40,628 nt of DNA from Octopus bimaculoides (Eukaryota): positions 14,536,095-14,576,722 of the forward strand of contig NC_069005.1 in NCBI RefSeq assembly GCF_001194135.2. The letters run 5' to 3'. The notes beneath the pieces were generated by a model. That model was not told the origin of the DNA and did no database searches. It saw only the letters and a list, made by a program, of their open reading frames with translations. This document shows positions 1 to 8,999 of the stretch, piece by piece. The position numbers and the translations under genes are program-made. Each line of letters starts with the position of its first letter. Position 1 is the stretch's first letter.

Positions 1-233
1 GGCACATAAAAGACACCATTTCGAGCGTGGCCGTTTTCGTGCGGGTGACACGTAAAAGCACCCACTACACTCTCTGAGTGGTTGGCGTTAGGAAGGGCAT
101 CCAGCTGTAGAAACTCTGCCAAATCAGACTGGAGCCTGGTGTTGCCATCCGGTTTCACCAGTCCTCAGTCAAATCGTCCAACCCATGCTAGCATGGAGAG
201 CGGACGTTAAACGATGATGATGATGATGATGAT
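1..233 (+). mobile_element. SINE-like repeat family A, 3' part, ending in (GAT)n tail
   Basis: GTTGGCGTTAGGAAGGGCATCCAGCTGTAGAAAC...GCATGGAGAGCGGACGTTAAACGATGATGAT; homologous copies at 4399-4770 (-), 20688-20967 (+) and 38367-38465 (+). Confidence 0.8.
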
Positions 234-367
234 ATACAAATATATATATGTATATATATATACATTTATATAAAGGAACATTAATCATAGAACAAACATC
301 AAATTCGAGTCAACAACTTTATATACAACACCATACCTCAAATATTTGATCATAAATATTACCATGG

Positions 368-499
368 TTCTTAAACATATAAAAATATACATATACATAA
401 AAACACAAAAGGTAAAAAATATATATGCGAATAAAATACAAAGATAAGCCTATCAAAAGGTAAATATAAATGACTAAAAATTCATAAAAATTCTAAAGC
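368..499 (+). repeat. Left arm of ~130-bp inverted repeat (partner 2972-3100)
   Basis: TTCTTAAACATAT...AGGTAAAAAATATATATGCGA...AAGCCTATCAAAAGGTAAATATA...ACTAAAAATTCATAAAAATTCTAAAGC aligns to the reverse complement of 2972-3100 with two small indels. Confidence 0.85.
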
Positions 500-659
500 A
501 TGTCGTGCTACTAAAAAACTGAATATACTAAGATAAAATAAAATATCAATCGAGCAAAAATATATTTTACTCCCGTCACACAAGAGTACTTCTAAAAGTT
601 CAATTCTTAAAACCATGGTAGGTTAGTGTAAAAAGAGTTCCACAATATCAATTCAAACA

Positions 660-742
660 CACCTATGGCCATTTCGGGAGCTCATTGCCGTGGTTCAATT
701 ACATTCAAAGTGCATCACGGCAATAACCCCCTCATCAGGATG
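660..742 (-). ncRNA. Minimal type I hammerhead ribozyme, intact core
   Basis: Minus strand: CATC-CTGATGA (738-732)-stem II of 16 bp with one bulge and a 23-nt loop-GAAA (675-672)-palindromic ATGGCCAT stem III-AUA cleavage triplet-GGTG, which pairs with CATC. Confidence 0.8.
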
Positions 743-2108
743 AACAGGAAACACGCATAGAACTGTGTCTTTATTGCCCACAAGGGGTGCACATAGACGG
801 GACTTTACAAGACATGTGGGACATATAACAATGAAAGAATAAAATATGATAATATTAATGGCAATGAAAAATGGAAATGGAACCACTCACCCCACTTACG
901 AGCAGCCCCATTTTCTACTTTTTAAAACCTGATCCCTCTAGCATATATCAAAACCCATTTCTTCCAATAACCTGTCGAAAGTCGTGTAATTGGGTAATAA
1001 ATCCCAGTCATAGTTCAACTCTCAACAACTGTAACCATGCTCAAAAGTATACATTATCTCTTCTTGTTCCCTTGTTGGGAGCACACACCTGTGCCACTCC
1101 TCAATGTTATCGAACCCATTAGTTCCTGTTTCCTTTACTTTGTTCCATGAAAGAACTCATCTATCAATTCGTTATTGGATCCATATAGCATAGAAGCTTT
1201 ACATTTCTTTTTCCTTTTTTTTTTTTGACTTGGGGGAAGGAGTTTGAAATTCTTTCTGTGTGCTTGCTTTCTTTTTTCGGTTTTTGTGTCGGATGGGAAT
1301 AGGTAAGCTTGGTGTCTGCTAGTGAGGGGGTCTGAGAAGGTGTGGGTTGGGGTTTACAGTTCAAATCACTTGCCTTCTTTCTCTTCCTTACAACGACTTT
1401 CTCCCAATTACTCACTGTTGCTACTACTTCCTCCTCCTTTCTGGGTTCTTCCTTTCTAGAACTCTTCGACCTCTTCTTTTTGCTCCTCCATCTTGTTCAA
1501 TCTCTTTTCCTCTGCTTTTTTGGTTTGTGAAGGGCACTCCGCTCTGATGTGGCCCTTCTGGCCACATCTAAAGCAGCGTGGGACTCTACCCTCCAGCATG
1601 ACCATCATTATTGCTTCATCCATGATTATTAACTCTGTGATGTTTTCCAGAGTCTCTGTTGATCCTTAGACAATCATGTTTAATATTTGTCCCTTCCACA
1701 ACACACTTTCCTTTTTTGTGGCCTGGAGAACTACTATGTTGTCCTCATTACCAAAGAGGACAGTGTCTGCTACCCAGGCTACATCAATTTCTGGTGGGAT
1801 CCCTTCTACACAGATCCTTGTTGTTCTCAGTCCTCTGTAAGTGGGCAGAAGCACCACTTCCTCACTTTTAATAGATGTCACCACATGTTTCCTTGTAGAC
1901 ACCGCATCTCTGAACCTCACCTTCACCACTCCAAATATCGAACCTCTTGCAAGGTATGTAATGTCTCTCCAGGTCAGCCTCAGAGCCTTTTCCTCCTGTT
2001 CCATCGTTACAATATCAATTTTACCTTTACTTATTGAATAAGTTTGATAACTTATTGTCCTTTCCTTGATGCTGTCTTTTGTTTCTTGCAGTGGGGGAGG
2101 ATCTTTAT

Positions 2109-2263
2109 TCCTGTTCTATATTTAAGAGGTGAGGAATTATGTACATTATTCATATTATTTACAGTTAGCCACTATGCCATATGCCCGTGGGCATATGGCA
2201 TAGTGAGTGGTTAAAAGTACGGGCTGCTAACCCCAAGATTCCGAGTTCGATTCCAGACAGTGA

Positions 2264-2295
<32 letters not shown>

Positions 2296-2437
2296 TCGAA
2301 AAATACCTTAGGAATGAGAACCCAGGTTCGAAATTTCCCCAAGACACCTGATGAAGGCTGGAGGGTATATCAGCCAAAACGTTTTGTTAACAACAAACGA
2401 GATGAGGACAAATATCTGTCAATTGTAAATAATGTAA
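2109..2437 (+). mobile_element. tRNA-headed SINE with (AAT)n linker and Penelope-like hammerhead tail; head-to-head rearranged; 8-bp TSD
   Basis: A-box-like TGGCATAGTGAGTGG, B box GAGTTCGATTCC (2243-2254), (AAT)n, then CTGATGA motif. Flanked by ATCTTTAT at 2101-2108 and 2438-2445. Confidence 0.75.
2343..2388 (+). ncRNA. Degenerate minimal hammerhead ribozyme (G12 mutated)
   Basis: GACAC-CTGATGA-A-GGCTG(GAGGGTATAT)CAGCC-AAAA (GAAA expected)-CGTT-TTGTT; palindromic ACGT stem III. Confidence 0.6.
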
Positions 2438-2971
2438 ATCTTTATGCCTTCCAAATTCTGGCATTTTGCCACGTCAGCAAAATCCCTCTTTTCCATGTTT
2501 AATCTATTGTCCATCTTCCAGACAGCTTCCAACAATTCTTCTTCCGCTGACAATATGTCTGAGTAGCTATATTCTTCTACAAACATGCTTTTCCCAAGCT
2601 ATCTCTCCTCTGCAAGAAGAGAAAGCAGATACAAACAAACCATAAGCGCAAAAACCGCTGCAAAGCAGCACAAAATATTCAAACATTATAATAACACAAC
2701 ATTATAGAGAGAACATTATAATCACAGAACAAAACTAAAAAGCAAACACTATAATGCACAGAACAAATCTAAAAAGCTCATGCAACGCCGCAAGGCTAGT
2801 TTTAAAGATAAACCACAGGACCAGTCCAAATTTTCTAACAAAAAACTGAATTATTTCATTGCTAAACATGCAGGTGGCTGTTGTTAATAGAAATTTAAAC
2901 TTGCCAGTTTCAAAACCCCATAAAACTATATATTATTTATATTTACTACATCTACTTTTACTTCTATACAC

Positions 2972-3100
2972 GCTTTAGAATTTTTATGAATTTTTAGTTG
3001 TCTATATTTACCTTTTGATAGGCTTCTCTATATATTTGTATTTTACTCGCATATATATTTTTTACCTTCTGTGTTTTTATATTTTCTATATGTTTAAGAA
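2972..3100 (-). repeat. Right arm of ~130-bp inverted repeat (partner 368-499)
   Basis: Reverse complement matches 368-499. Confidence 0.85.
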
Positions 3101-3101
3101 T

Positions 3102-3538
3102 CAGTGGTCGGAAATAAGGTAATGGATGACTCGTTCGAGAAAATAACATTCTTCCACTGCTCTAGGGATCAATTCTGTAGGTTTTTACTCCACTTTAAAT
3201 GCTTTGCAACGTTTGTTTTTGAAAGTAGTGGTTTTCTGATTGCAGCCCTCCCAGTACTTCTTGATACACCAAATATTTTGGCTGTGTTCGTTATGCTAGC
3301 ACATGCCATACGAGCACCAACAATTTGATTTCTTTGAAAGTCCAATAGATCTGACATTTTAATGAATTTTAATTACCTTTTTCTGATGATATCTGAAAAG
3401 AAACAGCAATTTTAGTAAAACATATTAAGCAACACTAATAATAAATAAAAAATAAAAAAAATAAACAAGCTTTTGATGGTTTTATAGATATTTCATAATT
3501 ATGATGCTAGATGTGTCCATTATTTTCCCCAACCCCTG
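3102..3538 (-). mobile_element. Internally deleted Tc1-family DNA transposon
   Basis: ORF 3169-3357 MSDLLDFQRNQIVGARMACASITNTAKIFGVSRST|GRAAIRKPLLSKTNVAKHLKWS is a Tc1 paired-like HTH fused to a downstream segment. Imperfect TIRs CAGTGGTCGGAAATAA and (rc) CAGGGGTTGGGGAAAATAA. Confidence 0.8.
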
Positions 3539-3905
3539 NNNNNNNNNNNNNNNNNNNNNNNNNNNNNNNNNNNNNNNNNNNNNNNNNNNNNNNNNNNNNN
3601 NNNNNNNNNNNNNNNNNNNNNNNNNNNNNNNNNNNNNNNNNNNNNNNNNNNNNNNNNNNNNNNNNNNNNNNNNNNNNNNNNNNNNNNNNNNNNNNNNNNN
3701 NNNNNNNNNNNNNNNNNNNNNNNNNNNNNNNNNNNATGGGTATAATGCAATTACAAAGATAAATTATACAGATACTATTGACAAACCAATAATTTATTTA
3801 TTTTATAATTATATTACATAATATACAGTGAATATAATATTATATAAGAAACAATTATTAAAAAGGCCAAAAAGGCCAACAATTTGCTTTGACTTATATA
3901 CATTT

Positions 3906-3908
<3 letters not shown>

Positions 3909-3970
<62 letters not shown>
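3909..3970. repeat. (TA)n(CA)n microsatellite
   Basis: Direct reading. Confidence 0.95.
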
Positions 3971-4398
3971 TAATAACAGTTACATTATATATATAAGTCA
4001 CTTCAAGGTCATGGTTTAAAGATAGACAGAATTCCATGTGAAAGGACCGCTGGATTGTAAAAATTAGTTCAAATGTCTATGTATTATGAGTGTGAACGTT
4101 AACTATTCAATCATACATCAATTACAATTAAAAAACAACACAAACTCTTTAATAGACGATACAACAAAGTAAGTGCAATCCACAACCATCAAAATTCACT
4201 TCATTACATCTCAAACACATACTAATTGAAACCCGTTCATGTCCAAGAGAGTCTCTCGTCACCACAACATACGACGATGATATGTGTATGTGTATATATA
4301 TTAGGTAGGTATATATATGTGTGTGTGTGTGTATGTATATATTTATATACGTATATACATGAATATGTACATATATGTATATATATATATATGTATCT

Positions 4399-4770
4399 CA
4401 TCATCATCATTGTTTAACGTCTGCTTTCCATGCTAGCATGGGTTGGACGATTTGACTGAGGACTGGTGAACCAGATGGCTACACCAGGCTCCAATCTGAT
4501 TTGACAGTTTCTACAGCTGGATGCCCTTCCTAACGCCAACCACTCCAAGAGTGTAGCTGGTGTTTTTACATGCCACCGACACGAAGGCCAGTCAGGAGGT
4601 ACTGGCAACGGCCACGCTCGAAATGGTGTATTTTACATGCCACCTGCACAGGAGCCAGTCCAGCAGCGCTAGCAACGAACTCCCTCGAATGTCTTTTCAC
4701 GTGTCACTGGCACAAGTGCAAGGAAGGCGACATTGGTAACGATCACGCTCAAATGGTGCTATTTACGTGC
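4399..4770 (-). mobile_element. SINE-like family A copy with internal sub-repeats
   Basis: Reverse complement of 1-233, (CAT)n at the left end, repeated TTTTACATGCCAC / CACGCTCGAAATGGTG units; truncated by a gap. Confidence 0.8.
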
Positions 4771-4870
4771 NNNNNNNNNNNNNNNNNNNNNNNNNNNNNN
4801 NNNNNNNNNNNNNNNNNNNNNNNNNNNNNNNNNNNNNNNNNNNNNNNNNNNNNNNNNNNNNNNNNNNNNN

Positions 4871-4955
4871 TATATATATATATATATATATACATGTATA
4901 TATATATATACACATATATACACACACATATGTATACATATATACACATATATAT

Positions 4956-4988
<33 letters not shown>

Positions 4989-5151
4989 CATACATAAATA
5001 GATGTGTGCTTGTGTACGTGGGTATGCACACATATATATATATATGCATACATGTATACATATATATACATACATATATATATGTACATGTATATATACA
5101 TACATACGTACATATATATACATACACATGTATACGTACACACATGTATAC

Positions 5152-5239
<88 letters not shown>

Positions 5240-5310
5240 GTGTGCTTGTGTACGTGGGTATGCGTGCTGTTTGCCCGGACGGTGTGTGCGTGCACATGTC
5301 TGTATGTGTA
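4871..5310. repeat. Compound (TA)n/(CA)n/(TACA)n microsatellite field
   Basis: Direct reading; ATAAATAGATGTGTGCTTGTGTACGTGGGTATGC occurs twice (~4994 and ~5230). Confidence 0.95.
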
Positions 5311-5431
5311 CATGTATCATATATCGTCCCTTGTGAGTCACAGTTTTGTGAGGCAAAACGGTTGTGAAACACTTCAATAGAGTGAGGTTTCGCTGCTATT
5401 TGTAGCAGTTCGCAATACATATACAGAAACA

Positions 5432-6916
5432 AGGCAGCGAGCTGGCAGAAACGTTAAGCACGCCGAGCGAAAGGCTTAGCGGTATTTTGTCTGCCGTTAC
5501 GTTCTGAGTTCAAATTCCGCTGAGGTCGACTTTGCCTTTCATCGTTCGAGGTCGATAAATTAAGTACTAGGGATCTAGTCTTTCTCATTCGCAAAACGAG
5601 CACCCCGACACACACACACCTTAATTTTGCTCAGGTTGCTTTCAATTTTGGTGTATCGGTGCAACTCTGAACTTGGATTATGATCAACCAATTATGTTAT
5701 CTCGTAAATTAAAGAATCTGGTGTTATTTCACAGTTAAAGTTGGGATATTTGGGTAATTTTAGCCATTCAACAGACAGCGTGGCATTAGCAGCTTGTTAC
5801 CATGACAACCGCACGCTATGTTGTGGTTCACTGTTGTCTATGTTGATTTTTCACAATTCTTTACATCACGAGATTCTTTTCACTCGCGTGTTTTGTTTTA
5901 ATTTTTCTGTGTTAGTATATTACATATTTTTCTTTACTTCTATATGTTAGTATTTTTCTGTGCTTTTTTCTCTGTGTTAGTATTTTTACATATTTTTATT
6001 TCATGTATCTTATAACTGGATTTATGATTTCACTAGGTTAATTCTGTTCATAAAAATTCAAATTGGGAGTATTTCTTAAGCCGTTAGCTTCACATTTCAA
6101 CAGCTTAACTGAAATTTAGCCCACGTAACAGGAACTGAGAGGGATATCATGGAACAGAGAAACTGTGGGTGACACAGATAATTTGACATTATTTGACATT
6201 CTGCATACAAAAAAAGTATAAGATACAGGTATTCTTTTCTTTGTTGTCCAGTGTTATTCTTATCGTAGCTTACCAAATCCAAGCATGAAAACGTTACTCA
6301 ACTTTTGGAGTTTTGGAGACAGACGCTTCACACACATGAATGCATAAATGTACCTATAAACATATATGAATACATACATCCACATGCACTTATATATTAA
6401 TGATGTACACAAATACATAACAGGTATATATAATACTGAAATGCGCATAAAGTAAACACATGCAGACAAATATATTAATATAACAATTAAAAAAAAATAA
6501 AAACATACAATCAATGAAGAGATAAAAGAAACAGTAAAATGATACATGTTGATTTTATTAGGTATTTCTGTTTATTTAGAAACCTTTAATGAACAGGTCA
6601 GACGCTAAACTAAATTTCACACGGCACAACCTTAAAGTTGACATTTTCTGTCTCGCTATTGGCTAAAAATATAGTTTTTTTTTCGAATTTGAAACCTCTA
6701 ACTTCTTTCTCCACAACATCAAACCTTCAAAGCAATGAAAACTGGAAGGCTACATTATTATAGCCGATTTTTCAGATTTTTCACTGTCTTTTAAAAAATG
6801 CATATTTTACAAATGGAAGAAAAAAATAGATCCAGTACCAGTTGCGTACTGGGTCAATCTAATCGACTGTCCCCTCCCCCAAAATTTCGGGTCTTGTGCC
6901 TGGAGTAGAAAAGATT
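5432..6916 (+). mobile_element. tRNA-type SINE family B split in two (5432-5566 and 6836-6916) by an insertion
   Basis: The 5' half ends GTCGATAAATTAAGTA and the 3' half resumes TACCAGTTGCGTACTGGGTCAATCTAATCGACT. Intact copies at 39250-39450 run ATAAGTACCAGTTG contiguously. Confidence 0.75.
5567..6835. mobile_element. Non-coding ~1.27-kb insertion with short imperfect TIRs and TA duplication (putative non-autonomous DNA transposon)
   Basis: Ends CTAGGGATCTA / TAGATCCAG; TA at 5565-5566 and 6836-6837; splits a SINE. Confidence 0.55.
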
Positions 6917-7054
6917 CGTATTTTTCTGGACGGTTTACAATGAAAAGTTTCGTTCGAAACGCTTGCGTTCTGGACTGAAAAAGGGGCCAGCGAGCGGCAA
7001 GTCCTTTTGATAAACCGAAAATTTGAATAAACGCTTCAAGAGTAAATAAGTTTC

Positions 7055-7315
7055 TTTTGCCCCCAAGTTACGGGAAACGTAAAGAAACCAGCACCTCTTG
7101 TCAAGCAGTGGTGGGGATAAACACAAAGATATAATAGATTACATACATACGCGCGCGCGTGTGTGTGTATACAATACCACGCACACACGATAGGCTTCAT
7201 TCAATTTCCATCGACCAAATCCAGTCACAAGAATTTTGCCCAAGCTGCTGTGTAGTAAAACTGAACCTGAAACCACATGAACGGGAAACAAATTTCTTGC
7301 CACACAGCCTCGCCT
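7055..7315 (-). mobile_element. Degenerate SINE family C copy
   Basis: AAGTTACGGGAAACGTAAAGAAACCAGCA...TTGTCAAGCAGTGGTGGGG...CCACACAGCC is homologous to 26786-27178. Confidence 0.65.
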
Positions 7316-7915
7316 GAACATCTTTTGATTAATTTCATTATTTATCGATCTCCAAAATGTAGTTGACCTCGCTACGATTTGAACAGAGAACCCTTAGAAC
7401 TAGACGAAAATATCGCGAAGGTCATTCCAACGATTTTGTCAATTCGTTGCTAAGAATATTTTCTGATGGTGCAGAATAGATTACTAGTAAATGAGAAAGG
7501 TGAGGGGAGGAAGAAAATAGGAATAAGACAGATGGTAATGGTGGTGGGACCACATGTGTCGCGAGTTGGTCTGCGGTCAAAGAGAAACGCTAGTAATTTA
7601 AAAGAATAAGAAAGAAGAAAAAAAAGTTAAGAAGGGAAGAGAAACCAAAGAATATGAACAAGATTGCCAAATTTCAGTAGAAGGGAAGTGTAGGGGCTGC
7701 TTAACTGTCAGCGAGGGTTTTCTCTAAGAGTACAAGAGACGCTCATTAAATATGATACTGTCGCCATTCCCTATCTGAAAGGTGAAAAGGCCAGTGTTTC
7801 TAACCTCAAAGGAAGGAAGATAATGGTTTAACTGGAGCCATGGAAGGAGCTTTCGGCACGGTCATTCGACGTGCTAGAAACAGTAGCTAAATCTCTTAAC
7901 CTATAATTTGTAGTT

Positions 7916-8338
7916 TATTCTTTTACTTCTTTCAGTCATTTGACTGCGGCTATGCTGGAGTACCATCTTAAAGGGCTTTAGTCGAACAAATCGACCCCTG
8001 GATTTATTCTTTGTACTTATTCTATCGGCCCCTTTTGCTGAACCAAGTTACGGGCACGTAAACACACCAACATCGGTCGTCAAACAATGGGGGGGGGGCA
8101 CACAAAAAAAGACAAATGTATACATGCATACACATATATGTATGTACGTTTGTGTGGCTGTCCCCCCACCATCGTCTGACAACTGGTGTTGGTGTGTATA
8201 CGTCTCCGTAACTTAGCGGTTCGGCAAGACAGACCGATAGAATAAGCACTAGGCTTACAAAGAATGGGGTCGATTTGTTCGGGTAAAGGCGGTGCTCCAG
8301 CATGGCCGCAGTCAAATGACTGAAACAAATAAAAGAAT
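7916..8338. repeat. Two SINE family C 3' halves in inverted orientation (arms 7916-8100 and 8159-8338)
   Basis: TTCAGTCATTTGACTGCGGCTATGCTGGAG... versus ...CTCCAGCATGGCCGCAGTCAAATGACTGAA. Confidence 0.85.
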
Positions 8339-8999
8339 ATATAGCAATGAGAAAATGGAGGAGAATATGCGGTATCCATCGACTTGCAGACAATGTATTC
8401 CGTTGATTAATTTGTTTATTTTATAACTAAAATGGACAAAAGCCACAATATACAGATGCTTATGACATACCATGTCATATTAACAATTAAGGTTACAAAT
8501 ATAAAGTACATTTAGCAATTGGAGAATGTACTCTCCAACTGCTAAATGTTTACTTCATTACAAAATAATTATTTGTTTGTAAGCTTAAAATAGGTTTTTA
8601 TTGACCGTGTCTTATTGAAAATGCATTCAAAGATAAAGTACAGCACTGGAGAATGGCTATTAGCATTTTAGGCCAGGCTTAAGTCGTGTCTCTTGGGGTA
8701 AGGTATACCTGTATTTACATATACCGGGAACTCTCTTGACTCAAAATGCCTTGTTGCTTTGTTCATACATACATGTACAGCTTTGTTAATCTATACACAA
8801 AAAAAACTAGTGGAGACGAGAATATATTTACGTATATCAGGGCTTAAGTCGCCAGTTATTTCTGTTTAGTTAATTCAGATTCATTTAACGCTTACTACTA
8901 ACATTATTATGTTTCCCTTCTCTGTCCAGGAGTCCACCTCGCTGCCGACCAACTCCATAGCTAATCCGCATCGAAGTTCCTGTCTACAGTTCAGAACTG

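Larger units (their letters stand above)
938..2586 (-). pseudogene. Degenerate gag-like / L1-Tx1-type ORF1 (RRM-like region plus CCHC zinc knuckle), interrupted by a SINE
   Basis: Fragments MFVEEYSYSD...EGIK (2586-2440), MEQEEKALRL...TTRICVEGIPPEI (2004-1669), in-frame TAA at 1666-1668, then EGRVPR-CFRCGQKGHIRAEC (CX2CX4HX4C, 1575-1534), a Lys/Glu-rich tail with frameshifts, and last stop TAG at 940-938. No endonuclease or RT follows. Confidence 0.75.

Noticed and set aside
604-620. TTCTTAAAACCATGGTA resembling the element end at 360-376, as a possible DIRS-type internal complementary region
   Set aside because: Only 8-10-nt matches, in the wrong order for a DIRS circle junction; no tyrosine recombinase or RT nearby.
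2189-2260. tRNA gene
   Set aside because: A and B boxes are present but there is no complete cloverleaf acceptor stem; it is a SINE head.
4733-5432. ORFs of 100-227 aa (YIYI/HTHT/VCVC)
   Set aside because: Translations of dinucleotide microsatellites and Ns.
6935-6965. CAATGAAAAGTTTCGTTCGAAACGC, possibly a decayed fourth hammerhead
   Set aside because: The CTGA core is absent and stem II is weak; not supportable.
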